Part shown: positions 9,163-18,136 of the stretch, piece after piece
How positions within the stretch are numbered: the stretch's first letter is position 1
Layout of the letters: each line of letters opens with the position of its first letter
Source of the DNA: a virus
Lineage: Duplodnaviria; Heunggongvirae; Uroviricota; Caudoviricetes
Direction: 5' to 3' (one strand)
DNA: 39,214 nt
Virus record (IMG/VR): IMGVR_UViG_2541047122_000029
The notes under the pieces: model-generated
Told to the model about the DNA's origin: nothing
Databases searched by the model: none
What the model saw: only the letters and a program-made list of their open reading frames with translations
Position numbers and translations under genes: made by a program

Positions 9163-9668
9163 GAGGAAAACTGATATCCGCCATTCATGTGGCAAAGCGC
9201 GAGCTTGCCCTGGATGATGAGACTTATACATCCGCGCTGCTGGCAGCCACCGGCAAAACCAGCTGCCGGGATATGTCACCGGATGAGTTATCCCGCGTGC
9301 TGGATGTTTTCAAAAAACGCGGTTTTAAAGTGCGCCAGAAGCCGGTTAACCAGGCCTTAAAACCGGGTACGGTGACCGCCAAAATTCGTGCCATCTGGAG
9401 GGTGATGCACCGGCAGGGCTTTATCTCTGATGGTGCGGAAACCGCCCTTAACCGCTGGGTGAAATCGCAGACGGCCGCGCAGAACGGTGGCGAAGGTGTG
9501 GCAAACTGGCAGTGGCTGGAGCAACACCCCGCCCTGGCCTCAGATGTGCTGGAGCGTCTCAAGCGATGGCACCGCCGCAAAATGCTGGCCGCGATGGGAA
9601 TGCCCGAACGCACGCTGATGGGGTATGACGCCGTTTGCAGGCAGTATGAAAAATCACTTCCCCGTTAA
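9159..9668 (+). CDS. GemA-like protein (Mu gp16-like)
   Basis: 169 aa; N-terminal ...LISAIHVAKRELALDDETY... resembles the Mu GemA family as I recall it; last gene of the early operon, before a strong terminator. Confidence 0.55.
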   Translation: MRGKLISAIHVAKRELALDDETYTSALLAATGKTSCRDMSPDELSRVLDVFKKRGFKVRQKPVNQALKPGTVTAKIRAIWRVMHRQGFISDGAETALNRWVKSQTAAQNGGEGVANWQWLEQHPALASDVLERLKRWHRRKMLAAMGMPERTLMGYDAVCRQYEKSLPR

Positions 9669-9672
9669 CCCC

Positions 9673-9706
9673 AAATCCCGCCACAGCGCGGGATTTTTAT
9701 TTTAAA
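9673..9706 (+). terminator. Rho-independent terminator ending the early operon
   Basis: Perfect 9-bp stem AAATCCCGC (9673-9681) / GCGGGATTT (9688-9696), 6-nt loop, then TTATTTTAAA. Confidence 0.8.
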
Positions 9707-9737
9707 CTTACCGGGAACGCGAGAACCGGAGGCTGAT

Positions 9738-10163
9738 ATGGCAGAAACTCAGATGAGCATGTTTGGTGGTGACAGTGAGCAACTGCACGCCCTTATCGAC
9801 CGCCTTGATGACATCCCTGATGATGTTCTCAAAAAGAACTGGCCACGGACCCTGTCAGAACTGGTTGAAGTCACCGGCGCAGAACTTCAGCGTCAGGGGA
9901 TTGAGCCGGTACTGGCCGGTAAACTGGCACGCAAGGTGGCTGCGGCTCAGGCCGCCTATATGGGCGGACGGGGTTATTACCTGCCGGTCGGGGAATCTCT
10001 CTTTGCCGAGCTGCGAAACAATGAGATATTTTCGCGCTGGGACCGGGGCGAGAAAATTGAATCCCTTCGCCGACATTACCGGATGTCAGAAACCCAGATT
10101 TATACCGTCATACGTGAACAGCGCCGTCTGCATCTGGCAAGAACGCAACCGCCACTTTTCTGA
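9738..10163 (+). CDS. Mor/C-family transcriptional activator (middle/late gene activator)
   Basis: 141 aa; resembles Mu Mor/C (acidic N-terminus, C-terminal HTH ...SETQIYTVIREQRRL...). Only one member of this family is present in the window. Confidence 0.75.
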   Translation: MAETQMSMFGGDSEQLHALIDRLDDIPDDVLKKNWPRTLSELVEVTGAELQRQGIEPVLAGKLARKVAAAQAAYMGGRGYYLPVGESLFAELRNNEIFSRWDRGEKIESLRRHYRMSETQIYTVIREQRRLHLARTQPPLF

Positions 10164-10167
10164 TATT

Positions 10168-10181
10168 CCGCAAAGCCTGCC
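10168..10181 (+). promoter_or_regulatory. Candidate activator-binding motif of the lysis/late promoter
   Basis: CCGCAAAGCCTGCC, 54 bp upstream of the endolysin ATG; near-identical motif at 18095-18108 upstream of gene I. Confidence 0.4.
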
Positions 10182-10234
10182 GCCTTTCCTTCACCGTTAC
10201 GCTGACTCAGAGAACATCATGAGACAGCGTAACA

Positions 10235-10735
10235 ATGCCAAAACTCCCCGCACCACTGCGTAAAAAGCTGATTGCCCTTGTTCTGGCCGGTGCCGGGACG
10301 TTCACGATTGCCACGCATTACACCGGTTACTGGGAAGGGAAAGAAAACTCCACGTATATCGATCCCACCGGTACACCCACCATCTGTTACGGCCATACCG
10401 GCCCGGATGTGAAACCGGGTATGACCCTGACGGATGAAGAATGCCTGGAACTACTGGAAAAGGACATGAAATGGGCCTTTGCGGCCATTGATCGGCGTGT
10501 TCAGGTGCCGCTTACCCGTGGTCAGACGGTGGCGCTGGCTTCGTGGATCTTCTGGGCTGGTGAAACGAACTTCCGCAACTCCACGCTTCTGCGCCTGATC
10601 AATGCCGGGCAGATGCCCGCGTCCTGTAAGCAGTATATCCGCTGGATTTATTCAAAGGGGGTGAAACTTCCCGGCCTTGAGGCCCGCCGTTCGGCGGATG
10701 AATGGTTATGTCGCTACGACTTGCCGAAAGTCTGA
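10235..10735 (+). CDS. SAR endolysin (phage lysozyme, T4-lysozyme/GH24-like)
   Basis: 166 aa; N-terminal weakly hydrophobic signal-anchor-release segment LIALVLAGAGTFTIATHY; YWEGKENSTYIDPTGTPTICYGHTG contains the Glu-Asp-Thr catalytic pattern. Confidence 0.85.
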   Translation: MPKLPAPLRKKLIALVLAGAGTFTIATHYTGYWEGKENSTYIDPTGTPTICYGHTGPDVKPGMTLTDEECLELLEKDMKWAFAAIDRRVQVPLTRGQTVALASWIFWAGETNFRNSTLLRLINAGQMPASCKQYIRWIYSKGVKLPGLEARRSADEWLCRYDLPKV

Positions 10736-10808
10736 ACCGCTTCTGGCGACCGCTCATGATAGCGCTGCTGTGTGCGGTACTGCTGTTACGGGGTGTCCTG
10801 TGGCTGCG

Positions 10809-11198
10809 GTGAATAACGCCTTACCGGCCCTGATTGCCGGGGCGTGCATGGCGGCGCTGGGGATTATCGCTGTACTGGTTGCTGCGATATGGGGAATGCA
10901 CCAGAAGACGCAGCGCCTTGAGGACAATAATCAGGTACTTGTACGTGAGCGGGATGAGGCGCGTCAGGTGCTGGCAAATCAGCAGCACACCCTGCAACTC
11001 ATTTCACAAATCAGTGAGGCGGCCACGAATGAAAAGCAACAGAACATTCAGCACACCGAGGAGCAACAGAGCGTTGTCCGCCGGTCGCTGGCAGCAGTGC
11101 CTGCTGCCTCTGCCCCTGTTCCTGATGATGTGGCTGATCGGGTGCGCCGGGCCGTCTGTGAAATACGTGCCTGTGAAGCCGGTGCCGATCCCCGCTGA
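10809..11198 (+). CDS. i-spanin (Rz-like inner-membrane spanin)
   Basis: Within track ORF 10677-11198; N-terminal TM helix ALPALIAGACMAALGIIAVLVAAIW then Gln/Glu-rich coiled-coil. Start uncertain (GTG 10809 or ATG 10848). Confidence 0.65.
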   Translation: MNNALPALIAGACMAALGIIAVLVAAIWGMHQKTQRLEDNNQVLVRERDEARQVLANQQHTLQLISQISEAATNEKQQNIQHTEEQQSVVRRSLAAVPAASAPVPDDVADRVRRAVCEIRACEAGADPR

Positions 11199-11400
11199 AT
11201 GGCTGGCTGACTGCCTGGTCCCTCCTGCGCCGGAGCCGTTCACGTTTGGGGCATCGGTCACTTACAACCTGCAACTGCTGGCGGTGATCAAGAACTGCAA
11301 CGTGGACAAGGCCAGTATTCGTCGTCTGGAGGCGCGGCGACAACATGAATTTACTGATATGGCCGGAACGCCTGCTGTTCCGGCAGGAAAGACGAAGTAA
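11029..11400 (+). CDS. o-spanin (Rz1-like outer-membrane lipoprotein), overlapping the i-spanin in another frame
   Basis: Internal ATG of track ORF 10834-11400; signal peptide with lipobox LIGC, Pro-rich mature region VKYVPVKPVPIP; starts inside the i-spanin gene and extends past it. Confidence 0.7.
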   Translation: MKSNRTFSTPRSNRALSAGRWQQCLLPLPLFLMMWLIGCAGPSVKYVPVKPVPIPAEWLADCLVPPAPEPFTFGASVTYNLQLLAVIKNCNVDKASIRRLEARRQHEFTDMAGTPAVPAGKTK

Positions 11401-11410
11401 GGAAAAAGGT

Positions 11411-11638
11411 ATGGATGATTCAGATCGTGCTCAGGCTGTGATGGAGCGGGGATCAGAACGCGCCCTTTGTAACCGGCTGACACGTAAGCGCCGGGCAATG
11501 GATGCTCCGGGTAGACGTATTTGCGCGGACTGTGGCGGAGAGATCCCCGCCGCGCGTCTTGTTGCTGTGCCGGATGCCATCCGTTGTGTGAACTGCCAGA
11601 ACATCATGGAGGCCCGTCATGTGGGTCAGCATCGTTAA
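11411..11638 (+). CDS. TraR/DksA-type C4 zinc-finger protein
   Basis: 75 aa from ATG 11411 (RBS AAGGAAAAAGG); CADCGGEIP...RCVNCQ four-Cys motif. Confidence 0.6.
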   Translation: MDDSDRAQAVMERGSERALCNRLTRKRRAMDAPGRRICADCGGEIPAARLVAVPDAIRCVNCQNIMEARHVGQHR

Positions 11639-11930
11639 AGATTATGTTGTGCCGATCCTTTCGGCGACGGCAACCGCTGGCGGGATATTCATGGCGCTGA
11701 TGCGCAAAACGTTTGTCCCCCGCGAGGCCTTTGAAAAACTCTCCGACCGCGTTGAGAAGGTGGAAACCCGCCTGTCGTCACTGCCGACAGAAGCCGAGGT
11801 CAACCGTCTGAATGTGGAAATCGTGACCCTGCGGGGTGAACTGAAAACCACGAACGCCACGCTCCGCTCTGTCTCCTATCAGAACGAACTGCTGCTGGAG
11901 CAGGCTGTAAGGAAAAAAACGAATGAGTGA
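11619..11930 (+). CDS. Membrane protein with coiled-coil (possible lysis accessory/releasin-like)
   Basis: 103 aa; one N-terminal TM helix VVPILSATATAGGIFMALM then coiled-coil; lies between the lysis and packaging genes. Confidence 0.5.
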   Translation: MWVSIVKDYVVPILSATATAGGIFMALMRKTFVPREAFEKLSDRVEKVETRLSSLPTEAEVNRLNVEIVTLRGELKTTNATLRSVSYQNELLLEQAVRKKTNE

Positions 11931-12213
11931 TTTCATTACTGAAGATCAGCGTCTGGTCATTCTGCGGTCGCTGGCAGATTACAACGGTGAACTGGGTGAA
12001 TCCGTGCTCCAGGACTGTCTGGATGATTACGGCCACCGCGTGTCCCGCGACACCGTTCACACCCACATTGCCTGGCTTGCCGAGCAGGGACTGGTGCGCA
12101 AACGCGTTCTGATTAACGGTTATTTCATCGCGGAACTGACCGGCCGGGGGCAGGATGTGGCGGAAGGCCGCGCCAGCGTTCCGGGTGTGAAGAAACCACG
12201 CGCAAGGGGGTAA
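11923..12213 (+). CDS. Hypothetical winged-helix-like protein
   Basis: 96-aa ORF directly upstream of the packaging genes. Confidence 0.5.
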   Translation: MSDFITEDQRLVILRSLADYNGELGESVLQDCLDDYGHRVSRDTVHTHIAWLAEQGLVRKRVLINGYFIAELTGRGQDVAEGRASVPGVKKPRARG

Positions 12214-12215
12214 CG

Positions 12216-12797
12216 ATGGACAAGCCGACGCGTGGCCGCGTGCGCAAGGTGGATTTGCTCCCCGACAGCATCCGTAAGCCACTGCTGGAAATGCTGCGTG
12301 AAAAACGTCTGACGCAGGTCCAGATACGCGAGGAAATCAACCGTCTGATCCGTGAGGCGGGCCTGCCGGAAGAGCAGCAGCTTTCACCGGCGGCCATCAG
12401 CCGGGAAGCCTCCCGTAATGAGCTGATTGCCCGTAACCTGCGTGATTTACGCGAGCAGACAAAAGCCATGATGGCCGAACTGGGGGACAAGCCAACCGGT
12501 GAAACCACTGCATTGATCCTGGAGATGTCCCGCGCCCTGATGTACCGCCGTCTGCGTGCCGCGACCGAATCCCTGAACAGTGACAGCGACGTGGATATGC
12601 GTCTTATTAAGGACATCCTCCTGTCAGCACAGCGTGCGGAAAGTGCCGCCGAGCGCAGCATTAAGCGTGAAAAAGAAATCAGGGCTGCATTTGCTGAAGA
12701 GATGGCAAACGCCGTCACCGACGAGCTGCGCGGCGTGGACGGGATGAGTGAACAGCTTGAGTCCCGTATTAAGGGGATTCTGTTGGGTAAAGTCTGA
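12216..12797 (+). CDS. Mu gp27-like protein (putative small terminase subunit)
   Basis: 193 aa, highly charged and helical; immediately precedes the large terminase with an overlapping stop/start. Confidence 0.6.
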   Translation: MDKPTRGRVRKVDLLPDSIRKPLLEMLREKRLTQVQIREEINRLIREAGLPEEQQLSPAAISREASRNELIARNLRDLREQTKAMMAELGDKPTGETTALILEMSRALMYRRLRAATESLNSDSDVDMRLIKDILLSAQRAESAAERSIKREKEIRAAFAEEMANAVTDELRGVDGMSEQLESRIKGILLGKV

Positions 12798-14461
12798 TGA
12801 ATAACGCCGAAGAACTCTCCCCCTTACTGACGAATACCGTCTCCACCCGCAAAATTGATCTGGCCGGTGAAAAAGCCCTGCTGGGCGTGGATGTGCCGGA
12901 CAGCCTTGATTTGCCCGGTGATATGCCGGTATTTCTGGATTATCAGGCCCGCTGGTTTGAGGATGAAAGCGAGGTCTGCATCGCGGAAAAATCCCGCCGC
13001 ACCGGGCTTACCTGGGCGGAAGCCGGGCGTAACGTCATTACCGCTGCAAAACCGAAGCGGCGCGGTGGCCGCAATGTGTTTTATGTGGGGTCAAAGCAGG
13101 AGATGGCGCTGGAATATATTTCTGCCTGTGCACTGTTCTCCCGTGCCTTTAACCAGCTGGCAGATGCTGATGTGTATGAGCAGACCTTCTGGGATCGGGA
13201 TAAAAAAGAAGAAATTCTGACCTACATGATCCGCTTTCCGAACAGTGGATTCAAAATTCAGGCACTGTCTTCCCGTCCATCAAACCTGCGCGGCCTTCAG
13301 GGGGATGTGGTGATTGATGAAGCCGCGTTCCACGAGTCACTGGATGAGCTTCTCAAGGCGGCAATGGCGCTTACCATGTGGGGCGCGCGCGTGCGTATTA
13401 TCTCCACGCATAACGGCGTCGATAATCTGTTTAATCAGTACATTCAGGAAGCCCGCGAAGGGCGCAAGGATTACAGCGTCCACCGCATTACCCTGGATGA
13501 TGCCATTGCGGACGGGCTGTACCGTCGTATCTGTTATGTCACCGGCCGCGAATGGTCACCGGAAAGCGAGCAGAAGTGGCGTGATGATCTCTACAAAAAC
13601 GCCCCGACCCGTGAGGATGCCGACGAGGAATACGGCTGTATCCCGAAAAAATCCGGCGGTGCCTATATTCCTCACGCGCTTATTGAAATGGCGATGATCC
13701 GCGACATCCCGATTCTGACGTTTGAAGCCCCGGACGACTTCATCAGCCGTGCCGCATGGCTGCGTGAATCGGAAGTTTTAACCTGGTGTGAAGAACATTT
13801 AAAACCGCTTACAGAGAAATTAAATCCCCGTTCCCGCTTCAGCTTCGGGGAAGATTTTGCCCGCACCGGTGACCTGTCCTGCTTTGTGCTGCTGGAAATC
13901 ACCGAATCCCTGGCAAAACGCGAGGTGTTTCGCGTGGAGCTGCGTAACCTGCCATATGCCCAGCAGGAGCAGGTGATGATGTACATCCTGACCCGCGTTC
14001 CGGCGCTGACTGGCGCGGCGTTCGATGCCACCGGTAACGGCGGCTATCTGGCCGAAGCCGCGCTGCTGGCCTTTGGCCCGGACATCATCGACTGCGTGAT
14101 GTTATCGCCGAAGTGGTACGGCGAGTGGATGCCAAAACTGAAGGCCGAGTTTGAAGATCAGAATATCCTCGTCGCCCGCCATCAGACCACGCTTGATGAT
14201 TTGCGCCATGTGAAGGTGGTGAACGGTATCCCGCAAATCGACAAGGGGCGCACGAAGGACCAGAACGCAACGGCTGTGAACGCCCGCCGCCATGGTGATT
14301 TTGCCGTGGCGCTCTGTATGGCAAACCGGGCGTCATACATGGAGGGTTTCATCCTGGATGAATCAGCCTGTCAGGCGCTGCCGGAGCGGTCGCGGGCCAT
14401 GGAGGGCGGTTATCGTGATGACGATGAGGCATATCATGAATTTGATCGGGGGTGCTGGTAG
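12797..14461 (+). CDS. Terminase large subunit (Mu gp28-like)
   Basis: 554 aa; ATPase region followed by nuclease-like C-terminal region; position before the portal. Confidence 0.85.
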   Translation: MNNAEELSPLLTNTVSTRKIDLAGEKALLGVDVPDSLDLPGDMPVFLDYQARWFEDESEVCIAEKSRRTGLTWAEAGRNVITAAKPKRRGGRNVFYVGSKQEMALEYISACALFSRAFNQLADADVYEQTFWDRDKKEEILTYMIRFPNSGFKIQALSSRPSNLRGLQGDVVIDEAAFHESLDELLKAAMALTMWGARVRIISTHNGVDNLFNQYIQEAREGRKDYSVHRITLDDAIADGLYRRICYVTGREWSPESEQKWRDDLYKNAPTREDADEEYGCIPKKSGGAYIPHALIEMAMIRDIPILTFEAPDDFISRAAWLRESEVLTWCEEHLKPLTEKLNPRSRFSFGEDFARTGDLSCFVLLEITESLAKREVFRVELRNLPYAQQEQVMMYILTRVPALTGAAFDATGNGGYLAEAALLAFGPDIIDCVMLSPKWYGEWMPKLKAEFEDQNILVARHQTTLDDLRHVKVVNGIPQIDKGRTKDQNATAVNARRHGDFAVALCMANRASYMEGFILDESACQALPERSRAMEGGYRDDDEAYHEFDRGCW

Positions 14462-16050
14462 TGGGACGCATAATTGATCTTGACGGAAAACCTTTCTCCT
14501 TTGACCCGGAGATGCAGAGTGCCGTGCTGGATATTCCGCAGATTGCCAGCCGTTATATTGAACATCCGGCCTCGGGTATCACCCCGAACCGGGCGGCGCA
14601 GTGCCTTCGCGGGGCTGAACGTGGCGATCTGATTGCCCAGTCCGATCTGGCCGCTGACATTGAAGAAAAGGATACCCACCTTTTTGCAGAGCTGGGCAAG
14701 CGACGTCTTGCCATTCAGGGCGTGCCCTGGAGTATTGAGCCGCCACCGAACGCCAGCGCGAATGAGAAAAAGGACGCGGAAATGCTCGACGAATATCTTC
14801 ATTCCGCCGACTGGTTTGATGCCATGCTGTTTGATGCCACCGATGCCATCCTGAAGGGCTATTCCTGTATGGAGATTGAGCACGGGATGCTCGGTAAAAT
14901 GCACATCATCCGCGCCATCCGCTGGCGTGACAGCGGGCATTTCTGCCTTAACCCGGATGATTTGAGCGAACTGCGGCTGCGTGACGGCAGCCATGCCGGG
15001 GTGGCGTTTCAGCCCTTTGGCTGGATAGTGCATCAGTCACGTTCACGCACCGGTTACGGCGGCGCAACGGGGCTTGTCAGGACGCTTATCTGGCCGTTCA
15101 TTTTCAAAAACTATTCCGTGCGTGATCTGGCTGAATTTCTGGAGGTGTACGGCCTGCCGATGAAGGTCGGGAAATACCCGTCCGGGGCAACACCGGAGCA
15201 GAAAAGCGCCCTGATGCGGGCGGTGATGGATATCGGTCGACGTACAGGCGGGATCATCCCGGCCGGGATGTCGCTGGAGTTTCAGGCGGCAGCGAACGGT
15301 CAGGCCGATCCGTTTGAAACCATGATTTCGTGGGGGGAGCGTTCCATCTCCAAAGCTATCCTCGGCGGCACGCTGACCACGGAAGCCGGAGACAAGGGCG
15401 CGCGCTCGCTGGGTGAAGTGCATAACGAGGTGCGCCGGGAAATCAGGGATTCTGATTTACGTCAGCTGGCCGCCACGCTGAACCGCGATCTGGTGTATCC
15501 GCTGTATGCCCTGAACACCGCCCACGCCATAGATATCCGTCGCCTGCCGCGTATCTGTTTCCAGACAAAAGAGCCGGGGGATATCACCAAAATCACCAGT
15601 GCGGTGATGCAGCTCAGTACGGGGATGGATATTCCTGATCCCTGGGTACGGGAGCAGACCGGTATTCCACAGCCTGCCCCCGGTGAAGCCATCTTCCGTG
15701 TCCGTCAGAGTGGCAATGAACCTGCTCAGACAGACAAAGAGATGCCACCGGAAAAACAGGAGAAGACAGAGCAGACAGCGCTGGCTGCCAGACTGCCGGA
15801 AGCGAAGAGCAGCCCCCGAGATGAACTGGACGACATGGGGGACGCGGTGCCTGCCCGCCGGTTACAGGAGGCCATCGACCCGGTACTGGAGCCGGTCATT
15901 GAAGCCATCAGAACGCGGGGGCTGGCGGAGGCACTGGCAGACCTGCCTGCCCTTTACCGTGAAATGGATGATTCCCGCCTGATGACGCTGCTCAGTGATG
16001 CCATGTTTGCTGCGGAAATGAAGGGGATGCTGGATGGCACAGGGGATTGA
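14452..16050 (+). CDS. Portal protein (Mu gp29-like)
   Basis: 532 aa, GTG start overlapping terminase stop; acidic C-terminus; conserved position. Confidence 0.8.
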   Translation: MLVVGRIIDLDGKPFSFDPEMQSAVLDIPQIASRYIEHPASGITPNRAAQCLRGAERGDLIAQSDLAADIEEKDTHLFAELGKRRLAIQGVPWSIEPPPNASANEKKDAEMLDEYLHSADWFDAMLFDATDAILKGYSCMEIEHGMLGKMHIIRAIRWRDSGHFCLNPDDLSELRLRDGSHAGVAFQPFGWIVHQSRSRTGYGGATGLVRTLIWPFIFKNYSVRDLAEFLEVYGLPMKVGKYPSGATPEQKSALMRAVMDIGRRTGGIIPAGMSLEFQAAANGQADPFETMISWGERSISKAILGGTLTTEAGDKGARSLGEVHNEVRREIRDSDLRQLAATLNRDLVYPLYALNTAHAIDIRRLPRICFQTKEPGDITKITSAVMQLSTGMDIPDPWVREQTGIPQPAPGEAIFRVRQSGNEPAQTDKEMPPEKQEKTEQTALAARLPEAKSSPRDELDDMGDAVPARRLQEAIDPVLEPVIEAIRTRGLAEALADLPALYREMDDSRLMTLLSDAMFAAEMKGMLDGTGD

Positions 16051-17365
16051 TTTAGGTTATGCCGCCACGCTTCCCTCAAAAGAGGCGGTGGCATACTTCC
16101 GCGCCAAAGGGGCGCATATCAGCTGGAACTGGTTCGAAACAGACGCGGATGTTCATGCCCGTTCATTCACGGCGGCAAAAGCGGCACGCCTGGACGTACT
16201 GACCACACTACAGGCGGAAGTGCAGCGTGCTGTTGATGAGGGGATTTCACAGAAAGCATTTATCCGCACACTGACACCCCGCCTGCAAAAGCTGGGATGG
16301 TGGGGAAAGCAGATTGTGGTGGACAGCGCCGGTAACGCAGAAGAAGTGCAACTGGGCAGTCCCCGCCGTCTGGCGCTGATTTACAACGTGAACACCCGCG
16401 TGGCTTACAATGCCGGGCGTTACACGCAGATGATGAACAACACGGACACGCATCCGTTCTGGCAGTATGTGGCGGTGATGGACAGCCGCACCCGCCCGGC
16501 GCATTCCGCCCTTAACGGGCTGGTATTCCGCTATGACGATCCGTTCTGGAATACACACTACCCACCCAATGGCTGGAACTGCCGCTGCCGTGTCCGGCCA
16601 TTGTCTCAGGCCCGTCTGGATGCGATGGGGCTGTCTGTTTCATCCGGTCAGGATCATCTTTCCACCCGCAATGTTGAGGCTGGCGTGGATAAGCAGACCG
16701 GAGAAGTCAGAGAAATGCCGGTGACCACATATTCAGATGGCACCAGAACCATGACACCGGATGTGGGCTGGTCATATAACCCCGGCTCGGCGGCGTTCGG
16801 CACAGACCAGGCGTTGATCCGTAAACTGATCGAGGTGAAAAGCCCGGCGCTGCGGGAAATGGTGGTGCAGGAGATGAACAACAGCCCGGAGCGGCAGCTG
16901 GCGTTCCGCATCTGGGCAAAAAACATCATGAAAACCCGGCGAGGCGGTAACGATATCCGCACGCTGGGCTTTATGACCGAAAGTATTGCGCAGGCGGTGG
17001 AAAGCCGGACGGGAACGCCACCGGCCCGCCTGCTGGCGATGAGCGGTAAAAATGTGCTCCATGCGGACAGCATGAAACATCAGAATGACGGTATCGCCCT
17101 GACGCCGGAGGATTTCGGTCGATTACCGGCAATGCTGGCAAAGCCAAAAGCGGTGCTGTGGGACAAACGCCACAACAATCTGATGTATATCGTGGAAAGT
17201 AAGGATAGCAGTGTGCAGATTGCCGTTAATGCGCCGTACAGCCTGAAGCGTCAGCCGGATAAACTGGATGTGATTGTGAATGCTTACCGGGTTATCAATA
17301 TGGATAAGCTGAAATCGGATATCCGGGGTGGAATGCTTGAGGTACTGGAAGGAGATATTGATTAA
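16034..17365 (+). CDS. Head morphogenesis protein (Mu F / gp30-like)
   Basis: 443 aa; conserved ...RPAHSALNGLVFRYDDPFW...PPNGWNCRCRV... motif typical of the Mu F / SPP1 gp7 family. Confidence 0.85.
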   Translation: MAQGIDLGYAATLPSKEAVAYFRAKGAHISWNWFETDADVHARSFTAAKAARLDVLTTLQAEVQRAVDEGISQKAFIRTLTPRLQKLGWWGKQIVVDSAGNAEEVQLGSPRRLALIYNVNTRVAYNAGRYTQMMNNTDTHPFWQYVAVMDSRTRPAHSALNGLVFRYDDPFWNTHYPPNGWNCRCRVRPLSQARLDAMGLSVSSGQDHLSTRNVEAGVDKQTGEVREMPVTTYSDGTRTMTPDVGWSYNPGSAAFGTDQALIRKLIEVKSPALREMVVQEMNNSPERQLAFRIWAKNIMKTRRGGNDIRTLGFMTESIAQAVESRTGTPPARLLAMSGKNVLHADSMKHQNDGIALTPEDFGRLPAMLAKPKAVLWDKRHNNLMYIVESKDSSVQIAVNAPYSLKRQPDKLDVIVNAYRVINMDKLKSDIRGGMLEVLEGDID

Positions 17366-17460
17366 CGGTCAGTGGCGGGGGTTGAACCCGCATACATGAT
17401 CCACCCGGAGGCAGGCACCGACTTTACCAGTTAAGCGTACACTGACCGCCTGTTTATTTT
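17366..17460 (+). other. Structured intergenic element between F and G (long-range inverted repeat plus T-run)
   Basis: CGGTCAGTG (17366-17374) / CACTGACCG (17440-17448) enclose an inner hairpin GCGGG..CCCGC (17375-17391); followed by CCTGTTTATTTTAT. Confidence 0.4.
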
Positions 17461-17486
17461 ATATTCATCCTTTATGCGGAGGCAAT

Positions 17487-17960
17487 ATGTCATCCATTGA
17501 TGCCGCTGTCGTTGTTGACGTTACGCGTCTCCAGCGGGTCTTTGCCCGGCTTCAGTTTGTGGGTGGAGGGAAAGACCTGGCCCGCAGTGTGGCGGCGAGT
17601 CTTCTGTCATCGTCAGAAATGGCGTTTGAACAGGAAAAAGAGCCGGACGGCGAACGCTGGCATGACTGGTCAGATCCTTACCGCAAGTGGCGTACCCGTA
17701 AGGGATACATGCCCGGCAAAATCCTGACGCTGAACGGCGATCTGGCCCGACGCCTGACCACGGATTATGGCGATACCTGGGCGCTGATTGGATCAAATGA
17801 GCCTTATGCGGCCATTCATCAGTGGGGTGGCCTGCCAGGTATGCCGCCTGGACCGGCGGCCATTGGTGCACGTCCGTATATGGGCTTTGATCAGGTGGCA
17901 GAGCAGGAGATCATGGACGAAATCAGAAAACGCTTTAAAAAGGCCACAGAAACGCCTTAA
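17487..17960 (+). CDS. Virion morphogenesis protein (Mu G / gp31-like)
   Basis: 157 aa; resembles the Mu G family as I recall it; positioned between F and I. Confidence 0.7.
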   Translation: MSSIDAAVVVDVTRLQRVFARLQFVGGGKDLARSVAASLLSSSEMAFEQEKEPDGERWHDWSDPYRKWRTRKGYMPGKILTLNGDLARRLTTDYGDTWALIGSNEPYAAIHQWGGLPGMPPGPAAIGARPYMGFDQVAEQEIMDEIRKRFKKATETP

Positions 17961-18094
17961 TTGTTTAAGGTATGCAAATGCATTACCTTACCCCCTTCAG
18001 GCGCGTGTCGTGATTTTCTAACCTGTATTTAACGGGCTTTAAAATCTGCGTGAAGCGCCTTTGTATTTTTCCCCTGGAAGCACTTCCTGAAATC

Positions 18095-18108
18095 CCGCAA
18101 AACCCGCC
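18095..18108 (+). promoter_or_regulatory. Candidate activator-binding motif of the head-gene late promoter
   Basis: CCGCAAAACCCGCC in the 176-bp gap upstream of gene I; shares CCGCAAARCCYGCC with 10168-10181. Confidence 0.4.
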
Positions 18109-18136
18109 CTGAAAATTCCCGGCTTATGCTGCCGGA

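Noticed and set aside
9763-10263. 166-aa + strand ORF overlapping the activator gene
   Set aside because: Alternative frame of the Mor/C-like gene, which has the recognisable product; this frame gives a low-complexity peptide.
12125-12718. 197-aa ORF on the minus strand
   Set aside because: Antisense to the small-terminase-like gene; Arg/Ser-rich low-complexity translation typical of a non-coding frame.
14434-15033. 199-aa ORF on the minus strand
   Set aside because: Antisense within the portal gene; no supporting signals.
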